The notes under the pieces are model-generated. The model ran no database searches. It had not been told where the DNA came from and saw only the letters and a program-made list of their open reading frames with translations. Below, in pieces: positions 43,143 through 53,570 of a stretch of DNA of 64,000 nt. Every line of letters begins with the position of its first letter. Position 1 is the stretch's first letter. The DNA lies in assembly GCA_964443245.1 (NCBI GenBank), contig CAYUEG010000001.1, positions 34,526 through 98,525 of the forward strand, read 5' to 3'. A program made the translations under genes and the position numbers. This stretch comes from an uncultured Burkholderiales bacterium. Its GTDB lineage: Bacteria > Pseudomonadota > Gammaproteobacteria > Burkholderiales > JAEUOS01.

Positions 43143-44435
43143 ATGCTGGCCATGACCCTCTTCCTTCGCCGTTTTCTTGCGGGTGCCCTCCTGACCCTGG
43201 CCTGGGCCGCATCTTCTTCGCACGCCCAGACCACGATTGAAATCATTGGCGGCGGCTCGCAGCAGTATCCGATCGCGGTCACCAATTTTCCCGGTGAGGC
43301 CGCGCTGCCTCACGTGGTTTCCCAGATCGTCCGTGATGACTTGAACCGCAGTGGGCTGTTCAAGCTGGTCGATGCCTCCAACCAGCCGGTACCGGCAGAC
43401 GCCACCCAGGTTCGATTTCCCGACTGGAAGGCACGCGGCGCCGAGTTTCTCGCCTTTGGCAGGATCGTCCCGGCCGCAGACGGCCGGATTGTGGCCCGTG
43501 TGCAATTGGTGGATGTCGCAAAGCAGCAGGAACTTGCCAATTTTTCCTACGCGCTCACGACCCAGCAGGCCCGCGCGACTGCCCACCGCATCGCCGATGA
43601 CATCTACGAGAAGATCACGGGCGAGAAGGGCTTCTTCAACACCAAGATTGCGTATGTCAAAAAAGCGGGAGCCCGCTTTGACCTGATCGTTGCCGACAGC
43701 GATGGCCAGAACGAGCAATCGGCACTGACCTCGCGTGAGCCGATCATTTCACCGCGCTGGTCGCCGGATGGCACGCGGCTGGCCTATGTGTCCTTCGAAA
43801 ACAAGAAGCCGCAGATATGGGTGCACGAGATCTATACCAGCAAACGCACGCTGGTGGCCAATTTCCGTGGCAGCAATAGTGCGCCGGCGTGGTCACCTGA
43901 CGGCTCCACCATCGCCATGGCACTGACACTGACCGGCGGCACACAGATTTACACGGTACCCGCCGCCGGGGGTGAGCCGCGTCGGTTGACCAACTCCAGC
44001 GGAATCGATACGGAACCGACTTACGCACCGGATGGCTCAATCTACTTTACTTCGGACCGTGGCGGCGGACCACAGATCTACCGCATGGCCGCTGGCGGTG
44101 GGGAGGCACGCCGCATTACCTTCAAGGGCAGCTACAACGTCAGCCCGCGAGTCAGCCCCGATGGCAAGACATTGGCCTATGTCACGCGAACCAGTGGCCA
44201 GTTCCAGGTAGCCACGCAAAGCCTCGAGACGCAGGGACAGGAAATCACCCTGACGGATACGGTAAAGGACGAAAGTCCGAGCTTTTCGCCGAATGGGCGC
44301 ATGATTCTTTACGCCACTGAAATTGGCGGACGCGGTGTACTCGCCACCGTATCCAAGGACGGCCTGGTCAAGCAGCGCATCTCGGTAACCGCCGCCGACG
44401 CGCGTGAGCCTGCCTGGGGTCCGTTTGCAAAGTAG
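43143..44435 (+). CDS. tolB: Tol-Pal system beta-propeller protein TolB
   Basis: Signal peptide ...AASSSHA|QT, and repeated SPxWSPDG / PxxSPDG propeller blades. Confidence 0.9.
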   Translation: MLAMTLFLRRFLAGALLTLAWAASSSHAQTTIEIIGGGSQQYPIAVTNFPGEAALPHVVSQIVRDDLNRSGLFKLVDASNQPVPADATQVRFPDWKARGAEFLAFGRIVPAADGRIVARVQLVDVAKQQELANFSYALTTQQARATAHRIADDIYEKITGEKGFFNTKIAYVKKAGARFDLIVADSDGQNEQSALTSREPIISPRWSPDGTRLAYVSFENKKPQIWVHEIYTSKRTLVANFRGSNSAPAWSPDGSTIAMALTLTGGTQIYTVPAAGGEPRRLTNSSGIDTEPTYAPDGSIYFTSDRGGGPQIYRMAAGGGEARRITFKGSYNVSPRVSPDGKTLAYVTRTSGQFQVATQSLETQGQEITLTDTVKDESPSFSPNGRMILYATEIGGRGVLATVSKDGLVKQRISVTAADAREPAWGPFAK

Positions 44436-44479
44436 TTGGTCCGACCGTTTCATCCACCAAGAACAACCAGGAGAACTCC

Positions 44480-45010
44480 ATGAAAAGCCCCTTGATTGCC
44501 GCGATTGTTGCAGCGTTGCTCGTCGCCGCCTGCTCATCCGCCCCGACGCAGCCCCCCGTCGAAATCAAGGACGCCGGGAGTGGCAGCACACCCACCCCGC
44601 CAAAGCCGGAAGCGCCGCCCGCCAGTACCGGCCAGATCAAGCCGGTCGATGCCACGGTGCGGGACGAGTTCAACCCGCTCAAGGAGTACAGCATCTACTT
44701 CGAGCTCGACAAGTACGATGTGTCGGACAAGTATCTGGCCACGGTACGCGCCCACGCCAACTACATGCAGAAGAATCCGGCGCAGCGTGCCTCAGTACAG
44801 GGCAACACGGACGAGCGCGGCAGCCGCGAGTACAACCTTTCACTCGGCCAAAAGCGGGCAGAGGCGGTCAAACGACTGCTCGTCACCATGGGAGCCAGGG
44901 AATCCCAGATTGAAGCGGTCAGTTTTGGCGAGGAAAAGCCCAAAGCGCCGGGCCGTGACGAAGCAGCGTGGGCAGAGAATCGCCGCGCTGACATCACTTA
45001 CTCGCGCTAA
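44480..45010 (+). CDS. pal: Peptidoglycan-associated lipoprotein Pal
   Basis: Lipobox LLVAAC and an OmpA-like domain (GNTDERGSREYNLSLGQKRAEAV). Confidence 0.9.
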   Translation: MKSPLIAAIVAALLVAACSSAPTQPPVEIKDAGSGSTPTPPKPEAPPASTGQIKPVDATVRDEFNPLKEYSIYFELDKYDVSDKYLATVRAHANYMQKNPAQRASVQGNTDERGSREYNLSLGQKRAEAVKRLLVTMGARESQIEAVSFGEEKPKAPGRDEAAWAENRRADITYSR

Positions 45011-45076
45011 CGCTTCATCTTCGATCACCTTCGTCGGGATTGTTTGCAGGATCCTTCCTCTACGAGATTCTTCCTT

Positions 45077-45916
45077 ATGGCACCACGATCCACCTTTCTC
45101 GCTCGCCCGCCGGCGCGCCCGTTTGGGGCATCGCTACCAGTTGTTTTGGCGATAGCTTGCCTTGCCGTCACACCGGCCCATGCCCAGCTGTTCAAGGATG
45201 ATGAACTTCACAAGAGAACCGGGCAGTTGGAAGCGCAGCGCAGCGCAGATCTGCGTCGGATCGAGGCGCAGGAGAATCGCGCGACCACGCTGGAAAATCG
45301 CGCCACGGCCCAAGAGGGACGCGCTGAGCAGCAGGCCAAGGTCTTGGTCGATCTGACGCAGCAGATCGAGGCCTTGCGCGGCGAGATTGCCAGATTGCGT
45401 GGGCAGATCGAGGTGCTCACCAACGACATCGAGAATGCCCAGAAACGGCAGCGGGACTTTTACACCGATCTGGATGCACGCTTGCGCAAGGTGGAGCCAC
45501 CGCCGCCGCCCACACCTGGCGAGAAGCCGAAGCCGCCGACGGCTGAAGAGCAGAAAAGTTACGACAACGGCCTCAACCTGGTCAAGACCAGCAATTTCAA
45601 GGCGGCGCTTGATGCCTTTGGCGCCTTCCTGCGCCTCTACCCCAACAGCCAGTTGACGCCTTCGGCGCAATACTGGATCGGCAATTCGCACTTTGCGCTG
45701 CGCGACTTCAAGGCCGCCATTGCTGCCCAGCAACGCGTGGTGGAACTCTGGCCCGATGACCCCAAAGCGCCGGATGCCCTGCTCAATATTTCCTCCGCCC
45801 ACACCGAAATGAAGGACATCAGATCGGCGCGTGCCGTGATTGAAGATCTGATCAAGCGCTATCCCCAGAGCGACGCCGCCAAGACCGGCGCCGATCGCCT
45901 CAAGCGCCTGCGGTAG
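45077..45916 (+). CDS. cpoB: Cell division coordinator CpoB (YbgF)
   Basis: Signal peptide, coiled-coil (RLRGQIEVLTNDIENAQKRQ) and a TPR-like C-terminus. Last gene of the tol-pal cluster. Confidence 0.85.
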   Translation: MAPRSTFLARPPARPFGASLPVVLAIACLAVTPAHAQLFKDDELHKRTGQLEAQRSADLRRIEAQENRATTLENRATAQEGRAEQQAKVLVDLTQQIEALRGEIARLRGQIEVLTNDIENAQKRQRDFYTDLDARLRKVEPPPPPTPGEKPKPPTAEEQKSYDNGLNLVKTSNFKAALDAFGAFLRLYPNSQLTPSAQYWIGNSHFALRDFKAAIAAQQRVVELWPDDPKAPDALLNISSAHTEMKDIRSARAVIEDLIKRYPQSDAAKTGADRLKRLR

Positions 45917-45926
45917 TCGTGCACAG

Positions 45927-47042
45927 ATGAACGAGGCTGCCGTCGCGACACTCGCCTCCACCGTCGTGTGGAGTGGTTTTGGTTTGGCATTCGTGTTTGG
46001 CGTGGTCGCCCAGCGTTCGAATTTCTGCACCATGGGCGCGGTGTCAGACATCGTCAACATGGGGGACTGGACCCGCATGCGCATGTGGCTGACAGCCATC
46101 GCGGTGGCGATTCTCGGCACTCACGCGCTGGCAGTGAGCGGCGCGATTGACCTTTCCAAATCCATTTACACCGGGCCCAACCTGAACTGGCTCTCCCACA
46201 TAGTCGGTGGGCTGGCATTTGGTTTTGGCATGACATTGGCCTCCGGCTGCGGCAGCAAGACATTGCTGCGTATCGGAGGCGGCAGCCTGAAATCGGTAGT
46301 CGTGTTTCTGGCGCTCGGTATTGCCGCCTACATGACGCTCAAAGGCTTGTTTGGCGTCTGGCGCGTAAGCATGCTTGATCCCGTGCGTATCACGCTTGCC
46401 GGATCGCAAGACCTTCCGGCGATCCTCGCGCGCGCCGGGCTCGGCGGCAAGGCCACGCTGCAGATGGTTGTACCAGCCCTGATCGGCGGTAGCCTGCTCG
46501 CATTCGCCCTGGCATCGCGCGAGTTCCGCACACTTGAATCGCTTGGCTCTGCACTGGTAGTTGGGCTGGTGATCGTGGGTGGTTGGTATGTGTCGGGCAA
46601 GATCGGGTACATCGCCGAAGACCCAAAGACACTAGAGGAGGCCTTTCTGGCCACTAATTCGGGGCGCATGGAATCACTTTCCTACGTAGCGCCGATCGCC
46701 TATACACTGGAATGGCTGATGCTTTACAGCGACAAGAGCAAGGTCGTCTCGTTCGGTATCGCTTCGGTGTTTGGTCTCATCGCCGGCTCGTTCGCCTATT
46801 CCATGCTCAGCAAAACCTTCCGCTGGGAGGGGTTCCGCGATGCCGAAGACACGGCGAATCACCTGGTTGGAGGCGCCTTGATGGGCTTTGGCGGTGTCAC
46901 TGCCCTGGGTTGTACCGTAGGGCAGGGACTAAGCGGCGTTTCGACCCTCGCGGTCGGCTCCGTGCTGACGCTTGCCGCGATCGTCGCCGGCTCCTGGGCG
47001 GCATTCCAGTACCAGATCTGGCGTCTCGAAAAAACAGGCTGA
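45927..47042 (+). CDS. YeeE/YedE family inner-membrane protein (putative thiosulfate/sulfur-compound transporter)
   Basis: 371 aa, polytopic, with two conserved Cys-containing half-repeats (QRSNFCTMGA; ALGCTVGQG). Confidence 0.75.
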   Translation: MNEAAVATLASTVVWSGFGLAFVFGVVAQRSNFCTMGAVSDIVNMGDWTRMRMWLTAIAVAILGTHALAVSGAIDLSKSIYTGPNLNWLSHIVGGLAFGFGMTLASGCGSKTLLRIGGGSLKSVVVFLALGIAAYMTLKGLFGVWRVSMLDPVRITLAGSQDLPAILARAGLGGKATLQMVVPALIGGSLLAFALASREFRTLESLGSALVVGLVIVGGWYVSGKIGYIAEDPKTLEEAFLATNSGRMESLSYVAPIAYTLEWLMLYSDKSKVVSFGIASVFGLIAGSFAYSMLSKTFRWEGFRDAEDTANHLVGGALMGFGGVTALGCTVGQGLSGVSTLAVGSVLTLAAIVAGSWAAFQYQIWRLEKTG

Positions 47043-47091
47043 TGGGCGCGGTTATTTCTCAGCGATTTTCAAGGCCAACCCTTCTCAGCCA

Positions 47092-47121
47092 TTGACTGGC
47101 GAGCCCGAACTACGATATAAT
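47092..47121 (+). promoter_or_regulatory. Sigma70-type promoter of tRNA-Lys
   Basis: TTGACT (47092-47097), an 18-nt spacer, then TATAAT (47116-47121), ending 12 nt before the mature tRNA 5' end. Confidence 0.65.
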
Positions 47122-47133
47122 TTTTGGCTCTTT

Positions 47134-47209
47134 GGGTCGTTAGCTCAGTTGGTAGAGCAGCGGACTTTTAATCCGTTGGTCGTTGGTTCGAATCCAACAC
47201 GGCCTACCA
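47134..47209 (+). tRNA. tRNA-Lys (anticodon TTT)
   Basis: 76 nt: GGGTCGTTAGCTCAGTTGGTAGAGC D-arm, anticodon loop cTTTTAa, T-arm GGTTCGAATCC, and an encoded CCA. Confidence 0.95.
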
Positions 47210-47230
47210 AGATTTCCCCTCTCGGGGAGC

Positions 47231-47262
47231 AAAAAGGGTCCAGGTTTCCTGGGCCCTTTTTG
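47231..47262. terminator. Bidirectional rho-independent terminator (tRNA-Lys and chpA)
   Basis: aaaaa-GGGTCCAGG-ttt-CCTGGGCCC-ttttt: a 9-bp stem with one G-T pair, flanked by an A-run and a T-run. Confidence 0.75.
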
Positions 47263-47368
47263 TTTGTCTTGGACCTTCCACCTTGATCACCGGGTCACCT
47301 CGTTACCGCCTCAGCCTCCACTCGCTAGGACGAAAGCGGGGCTCTCGACACCTTCAGCTTCGATGGGT

Positions 47369-50300
47369 TCAGGCGACCACGACGGTATCGTCAGCGCGGT
47401 TCTTGACCAGATACGCAATGTGCTCAAGCAACTCTTCCTCCTGATAAGGTTTGCCGAGGAACACGTTGACGCCAATTTCCATCGCGTAATTGCGATGCTT
47501 GTCCGCCGTGCGTGAGGTAATCATGATCACCGGGATACGCTTGAGCTTGTCATTGCCGCGCACATTGCGGGTCAGATCGAAACCGTCCATCCGTGGCATT
47601 TCAACATCAACCAGCATCACGTCGGGGCGCAACTCTTCCAGTTGTTCGAGCGCATCGATACCGTCCTTCGCAGTCAGCACCTGGTAATCCTCGCGCGCCA
47701 ACAGACGCGAAGTGATCTTGCGCACCGTCAGGGAGTCATCCACCACCATCACCGTCGGCCTCGTCGATACAGGCATTGGCGCGGCGATGGTCGGCGCAAC
47801 GGATGCGGGCGCAACCTCTGCGCCACCGGCATTGGCTGCATCCTGACTTGTCGCTGCAGATGCCGCAGACATGAGGGAAAGCGCAACCGGGTTCAGGATC
47901 AGGATGATCTGGCCGCTACCCAGAACCGTCGCCCCAGCTACGCCGGAAACGCGTGCCAGTTGCGGGCCGATATTCTTGACTACCGCCTCCTGGTTACCCA
48001 GCATCTCGTCGACGTGGATCGCCGCACGCTGGGTGCCCGAACGCAGCAACAGAATCGGCGTGAAGCGCTGCAACTCGGCTGCTTGTGCAGGATCCCCCAA
48101 CAAGCGCGGCAGATAATTGAGCGGGTAGGAACGCCCCAACCACTCGACATTCCCGGCAGCATAACTGCGTTCCAGCTCGTCGGCCTTGATTTGCCGAACC
48201 TGCTCGACCATTGCAGCGGGCACCGCAAACGTTCTGGATCCGGCACGAATCAGCACCACCTGGGTCACGGCCAACGTCAGCGGCAGGTAGATCGTGAAAC
48301 GTGACCCCTTGCCCGGGGTGAAATCCACCTCCACCCGGCCACCCAGGGCCGTGACCTCCGCCCTGACCACGTCCATGCCGACACCACGGCCCGCCACTTC
48401 ACTCACTTCAGCAGCCGTGGAAAAGCCGGCGGCAAAGATGAACTCGGCGATTTGCTGATCCGTCAGGGCATCACCTTCCTGCATCAGACCATTGGCGATC
48501 GCCTTGGCACGGATGCGTGCAACATTCAAGCCCTGGCCGTCATCTTCGAACACCAGCACGAACTCATTGCCTTCCTGCCGTGCCGACAGGCCGATCTGAC
48601 CAATCTCTTCCTTGCCGGCTGCGGTACGCGCCTGTGGCGTCTCCAGGCCGTGCGCAATCGCATTGCGCAACAGATGCTCAAAAGGCCCGGTCATCCGCTC
48701 AAGCACCGAGCGGTCAATTTCGGTCTGGGTCCCCTTGATATCCAGGTTGGCACGTTTGCCCAGTTCCTTGGCGGTTTGGCGCACCACCCGATACAGCCGC
48801 TCGGCAACGTTGTTGAACGGCACCATGCGCACGCGCATCAGGTCGTTCTGCAAGTCTCGCGACAACCGGCTCTGAGAGAGCAGCGCCGCATCGGCTTCGT
48901 CAAGGTTGCGCAGGAGATTTTGCTGCACCGTCGCCACATCGTTGACCGACTCGGCCATCGAACGGGTGATCTCCTGCAGGCGAGAAAAGCGGTCGAACTC
49001 AAGCGGATCAAAGGCGCCGTGCTTTTCCTCCACCTCCCGCTTGCGCGACTGCATCTGCGTCTCGGCCGCAATTTCCACCTCTCGCAATTGCGCGCGCAAC
49101 TTGATCAGGTTGTCTGTCAAGTCCTTGAGGCTGGTCTTGACCGCGCGCATCTCCCCCTCGATCCGGCTACGCGCAATCGCCACTTCACCTGCCTCGTTGA
49201 CCAGACGATCGATCACGTCTGCACGGACGCGCAACATCGCCTTCGCGTCTTCGGCCGCCTTGGCCGAAGCGGTCGCCGCATGCACCGGCGCCGCCGCAGC
49301 AGCTGCGGCGGCCTCGACGATGGGGGCAGCTGCGTCAAACGCACGCACCAGCTTGGAAGCATCATCTTCCGAAATGGCCTCGCGACTGGCCTGTGCCATG
49401 GTCGCCTTGTCCGCCGGATCGTAATTGCGCAACCGCTCCATCAGCATGGTGGTGCGGTCGTAAGACGAAAACAGTCCTTCAAAAATTGCGGGCGGAATCT
49501 GCGGCAGGCCCAGCGCATTCTCGACCCGCGTTTCCATGCTGTGGGTCAGCTGGCCCAAGGCCATTGCCCCAGCCATGCGCGCCGAGCCCTTGAGCGTGTG
49601 CAGGGAACGCTGCAATGCCTTGGCGTCGCCACCTTCGGCCCACGCCCTCAGCTCTTCGCCAATGCGCGGCATCAGCTCGTTCGCCTCTTCCATGAAAATG
49701 GGCAAAAGCTGCTCATCAATGTCGTCGTCAAGACGCTCCTGACGCCGCTCGCTGGTGTCAAAGCCACGCGCCTGCAACTCCTCGTCGGAAAGCGGCTGGT
49801 TGGCTGGCTGTTCCGCCGCTGCCGGTTCTCCCTGCGGGGGAGTATCGCGCCGCGCAAGCTGCTCGAAGGCAGCGGTGGCAAGTGCGCCGGTTGCGGCTGC
49901 CAGAATCGTGCGATCTCCCAACCCAGGCTCCGCCGCCACCGGAACCGCCGCCACCGGAGCCGCTGGCGCCACCGCGTCGATAAACGCCAATGGCGGAGGG
50001 GTGTCGTCGGGTGTTGCGTCCGGTATCGGTGCCGCCTCTGCCAGCGGCAGGGACAGGCTTTCAATGTGAAAGGAAGCATCGGTCTCGACCGGCTGATCCG
50101 CCACGGGTTCGGACGGCAACGCACTCGGCGCAGCAGCGAGCGCTCCCATGTCGAGGGTAAAGTCGTTCGACGGGGAGGGCAATACCGTCGGTTCAGCTTG
50201 CTGCTGTACCGTCTCAGCAAGCGCCCCAAAATCGATCTGCAGGCCTTCCGCACCCGAAGAGGGCGCCACCGAAGCCTCCGGGAGAGGAGGTTCGATCGGC

Positions 50301-53300
50301 GCCCCGGGAGCAGTGGCCATCGGCAACTCAAAGCTTGCCAATAGCGGCTCGGGAGCCTCTTCGGCCACACTCGACAACTCGGCACGACGCAGTTCAAGCA
50401 GCTTCTGCAGCTCGGGATGCGTCGGCGGCTCGCGCAACTCGCGCACTGCCTGCACCATGCTCTCAAGCGCATCAACGCTACGCCCTGCAAGCACGGAATC
50501 CGCCTCGGACAGCGCAAGCCTTGCGCCCTTGGCAGCCACCAGCATCAATTCGAATGCACGTCCAAGCTCGTTGAGTTTGGCGAAATTGACCGTGCCGGCA
50601 ATGCCGGCCAGCGTATGGGCAGCACGTACGAATTCATCACGTGGCGGCTGCGGCTCCTCTGCCAGTGAAGCCAGTTCCCGGCGCATGGTGGCGAGATGAG
50701 AGGCTGCCTCATCCACAAAGATGTTGTACAGCGCGGGACTGACACGAATGTCGCCGATCACGATGCTCTTGTCGAACGGCACCGCCGGCGCCGATGCCGG
50801 TTCTTCTGCAGCGCTCGTGCCCAATGTCAGCGCAGGCGCAGCGTCCTCAATCAGCAGGGTCATCGGTTGTGGCGCTTCCTCGATGACCGGGATTGCCACG
50901 TTCAGTGCAAGTTCTGGCTCCACCGGCGTTACCGGTTCCACCGGAAGCGCAGGCGCAACCGCTGGCGGGGCAGCGGGAGCTGCCGCGGCCGTCGGGGCCG
51001 CTCCCGACTGTACCTGCTGCGCAGCCGCGATCAGCTGGCGCCCGTCGATGCTGGAGGCACCCTTTGCCACCAGGTCACCCACCCAGCGAACGAACAGCGC
51101 ATGGGCCGATTCGATCAGATCAAGAAGCGTGGAGTTGACCGGCTTGGACTCCTGCAACCATTGATTCATGGTTTGCTCGATGCTCCAGGCCGCTTCGCCA
51201 AAACGCATCAGGCCGACCATGCGACCGCTTCCCTTGAGGGTATGGAAGCCACGCCGAACGGTGGTCAGATTTTCCTTGTGCCCCGGATCAGCCTTGACCT
51301 TGGCAACGTGGTCCGCGATGGTCTGCAGCACCTCCTCTGCTTCCTCGAGGAAAATGGCCAGCAACTCGGCGTCCACTGCCTCTTCGGGAAGCGGCGGTGG
51401 CTCTTCCGCTACGACAACGGGTGCGGCAACAGGCTCGACAGCCGGGGCGGCGGGAGCTGGCGCAAGTCGGGCGCCGGCCGGCGCGATCTTCGCCATCACC
51501 TGTTCCAGATCGGCCATCGCAGCTGCGTCCGCGCCTTGGCCCAAACTGCCAAGAGCCTGCGCAGCCAGTTTGCGCAGGGCAGGATCATCGACCAGATCGG
51601 CGTCGCTCTTTACCGCCTCGAGGCTCGCCTTCAGTTCGGCAGACAGCACCGCATCCTGAGGTTGCAGCCGCCAGGCATCAAAAATGGCGCGCGCGTCACG
51701 CTTTTCCTGCTCCAGCTCTGCTTCTACCGTCTGCGTTGGAGCTTCGCGCGGTTCAGCCGACTTTTTTTCCGGAGCGTCCGCCCCCTCCTCCAAACCTGCG
51801 ACAGAACCGGGTTCATGACCATCCTTGGCGTCACCATCTGAGCCGCTCCGCGACCCGGGCGCAGCAGGATGCATGATCTGATCGAAGTCCGGCGCACCGT
51901 GCTGCAAGGCTTCGACATAAAAGCCCAGTGCGCTCATGACCTGGGCAACTTTCTCGAAATCCTCTGCCGCCGGCGCGTAGTCGGCCTGAGCGAAGCGGGC
52001 TATGTCCGCCTGGCAGCCAGCCAGTGCAGCCACCGCCTTGTCCGACCCGAGGATTGTCAGCGCACCCAGTACCTGACGAATCTGGGTATCCAGCGCGGGA
52101 AGTTCGGTACGCTTGCCGGCGTCACGGAAAAATCCGTCGAGCGTCGTTTCGATGCTGCCCAGGTTGCTCTTGATCTCACTGACGACCTGCGCCATCAACA
52201 GGCGCTCCTGCGCCTTGCGCGTCATCTCGTCGAGCAGTGGAACAGCGGCGGCTTCGGACACCTGGCCCGCCAGGCTCGCCTTGAGCCGAGCCCCCATCGC
52301 CGCCACCTGGGCGGTGAATTCCTCATTGAGCCGCGAAAAGTTGTCGGCGGCATTCTCGGCCAGCAACAGTGCGGTAGCCGTTTCGAGCGCAATCGATTCG
52401 GTCACGCTGCCGGGATTTTCCGAAATCCAGACCGTGACAGTCGAAATGGCATTTGCCAGGCGGGCAAACTCGGGATGCCCCAGCGCAGCTGTCTTTTCCT
52501 TGAGCAAAGTGGCCTGATCGCGAAAGCCGGACAGCTCGTGCGTCTGGCCGGCAGAGAACTTGTTCCATTTGTCCTTCGCACCGGCGAGAATCTCGCGGAT
52601 GGTGCGCAAATGGATCTCCTTCGGATCTGACTGCGTTCTGTCCTGAATCTTTTCGGGTACGGCCCCTTCCAGGTGATAGAACTTGCGCAACTCCTTGACG
52701 GAGCCGGTGTCAGCCCTGCTCTTGGCGACAAAATACAGCGCATCGCGCATCAGTCGCTCGGCAACGTTCTGCGAGCCTTCCATCAGCCGCTTCATCTGCA
52801 GGTCGATCCGCGCGCAAAGACGCTTGGCCTCCAGCGGCGCCGCATCGCCGGCGTCCTGCAGTGTCTCGGTAAAACCGATGGTGATCCACCAGAAAGCGCG
52901 ATGCTGCGGCAGCGCCTGGGTGCGTTCGATCGCTCGCACCGACTCAAGCATGTCTTTCAGGGCTGCCGAATCGCCATGATTGCGCAGCCACCGCAACAAC
53001 CCGCCCTGGAAGCGACGGCGCTGCGACAGCACATGCTCCTTCATGTCCGCCGGCAGATCCGTGACCTCGCGTTTCGGTGGGCGCGCTGAAAGATCGGGGA
53101 AAAACAAATCCGACTCGGCGATCCGCTCGGCACCACTCACCTGCATGACACGACGGTAGGCCGGGAACAGGCGCACCGGCTGGTGCGGCGCACCCTCCAC
53201 CAGCTCGTTCAGATACTCGGTCAGCGCAACGAAAGCTTCCTTGAGGGCTCCTGCAGCGGCCTGGTCAAACACCACCTCACCTGATTCAAGCCGCAACAGC

Positions 53301-53524
53301 AACGCTTCGCTGTTCTCGGTAAGGCGCGTCAAGCCATCCAGGCCGACGATCTCCAGCGCGCCATGAGCCTGGTGCAAATGCGTGCGGCAAATCTTCAGGT
53401 GCGTCGATCCACCCGCCTCGGCCAGCTGGGCGTCAAGCGCCTCCGCGGCCTTCGCAAGCGCCTGCTCGATCTCACTCTTGACCCAGGTCAGCGGCCCTAT
53501 GTCGAATTCTGCGGCAGCACCCAT
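47369..53524 (-). CDS. chpA: ChpA/PilL-type multi-Hpt CheA hybrid histidine kinase with C-terminal receiver
   Basis: At least four Hpt-like motifs (THLHQAHGALEIVG, FHTLKGSGRMVG, AAHTLAGIAGTV, SLHTLKGSARMAG), a HATPase core (GRGVGMDVV), a CheW-like domain and a REC domain (VMVVDDSLTVR...DVEMPRMDG). ATG at 53524 has GAGGGA 7 nt upstream. Confidence 0.9.
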   Translation of the reverse strand: MGAAAEFDIGPLTWVKSEIEQALAKAAEALDAQLAEAGGSTHLKICRTHLHQAHGALEIVGLDGLTRLTENSEALLLRLESGEVVFDQAAAGALKEAFVALTEYLNELVEGAPHQPVRLFPAYRRVMQVSGAERIAESDLFFPDLSARPPKREVTDLPADMKEHVLSQRRRFQGGLLRWLRNHGDSAALKDMLESVRAIERTQALPQHRAFWWITIGFTETLQDAGDAAPLEAKRLCARIDLQMKRLMEGSQNVAERLMRDALYFVAKSRADTGSVKELRKFYHLEGAVPEKIQDRTQSDPKEIHLRTIREILAGAKDKWNKFSAGQTHELSGFRDQATLLKEKTAALGHPEFARLANAISTVTVWISENPGSVTESIALETATALLLAENAADNFSRLNEEFTAQVAAMGARLKASLAGQVSEAAAVPLLDEMTRKAQERLLMAQVVSEIKSNLGSIETTLDGFFRDAGKRTELPALDTQIRQVLGALTILGSDKAVAALAGCQADIARFAQADYAPAAEDFEKVAQVMSALGFYVEALQHGAPDFDQIMHPAAPGSRSGSDGDAKDGHEPGSVAGLEEGADAPEKKSAEPREAPTQTVEAELEQEKRDARAIFDAWRLQPQDAVLSAELKASLEAVKSDADLVDDPALRKLAAQALGSLGQGADAAAMADLEQVMAKIAPAGARLAPAPAAPAVEPVAAPVVVAEEPPPLPEEAVDAELLAIFLEEAEEVLQTIADHVAKVKADPGHKENLTTVRRGFHTLKGSGRMVGLMRFGEAAWSIEQTMNQWLQESKPVNSTLLDLIESAHALFVRWVGDLVAKGASSIDGRQLIAAAQQVQSGAAPTAAAAPAAPPAVAPALPVEPVTPVEPELALNVAIPVIEEAPQPMTLLIEDAAPALTLGTSAAEEPASAPAVPFDKSIVIGDIRVSPALYNIFVDEAASHLATMRRELASLAEEPQPPRDEFVRAAHTLAGIAGTVNFAKLNELGRAFELMLVAAKGARLALSEADSVLAGRSVDALESMVQAVRELREPPTHPELQKLLELRRAELSSVAEEAPEPLLASFELPMATAPGAPIEPPLPEASVAPSSGAEGLQIDFGALAETVQQQAEPTVLPSPSNDFTLDMGALAAAPSALPSEPVADQPVETDASFHIESLSLPLAEAAPIPDATPDDTPPPLAFIDAVAPAAPVAAVPVAAEPGLGDRTILAAATGALATAAFEQLARRDTPPQGEPAAAEQPANQPLSDEELQARGFDTSERRQERLDDDIDEQLLPIFMEEANELMPRIGEELRAWAEGGDAKALQRSLHTLKGSARMAGAMALGQLTHSMETRVENALGLPQIPPAIFEGLFSSYDRTTMLMERLRNYDPADKATMAQASREAISEDDASKLVRAFDAAAPIVEAAAAAAAAPVHAATASAKAAEDAKAMLRVRADVIDRLVNEAGEVAIARSRIEGEMRAVKTSLKDLTDNLIKLRAQLREVEIAAETQMQSRKREVEEKHGAFDPLEFDRFSRLQEITRSMAESVNDVATVQQNLLRNLDEADAALLSQSRLSRDLQNDLMRVRMVPFNNVAERLYRVVRQTAKELGKRANLDIKGTQTEIDRSVLERMTGPFEHLLRNAIAHGLETPQARTAAGKEEIGQIGLSARQEGNEFVLVFEDDGQGLNVARIRAKAIANGLMQEGDALTDQQIAEFIFAAGFSTAAEVSEVAGRGVGMDVVRAEVTALGGRVEVDFTPGKGSRFTIYLPLTLAVTQVVLIRAGSRTFAVPAAMVEQVRQIKADELERSYAAGNVEWLGRSYPLNYLPRLLGDPAQAAELQRFTPILLLRSGTQRAAIHVDEMLGNQEAVVKNIGPQLARVSGVAGATVLGSGQIILILNPVALSLMSAASAATSQDAANAGGAEVAPASVAPTIAAPMPVSTRPTVMVVDDSLTVRKITSRLLAREDYQVLTAKDGIDALEQLEELRPDVMLVDVEMPRMDGFDLTRNVRGNDKLKRIPVIMITSRTADKHRNYAMEIGVNVFLGKPYQEEELLEHIAYLVKNRADDTVVVA

Positions 53525-53570
53525 GCGACTTTCCCTCAATCGTTCCCGTGCGGTTTCCAGGCCCGGAGAA

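Noticed and set aside
47210-47368. tRNA-Lys 3' flank as a possible genomic-island integration site
   Set aside because: There is no integrase gene, no direct repeat of the tRNA 3' end, and no foreign-looking genes. The flank holds only a terminator and then the chpA 3' end.
48452-50344. 630-aa ORF on the + strand inside chpA
   Set aside because: It is antisense to a well-supported multi-domain kinase. Its composition is dominated by R, G, L and H, with no motif or ribosome-binding site. High-GC artefact.
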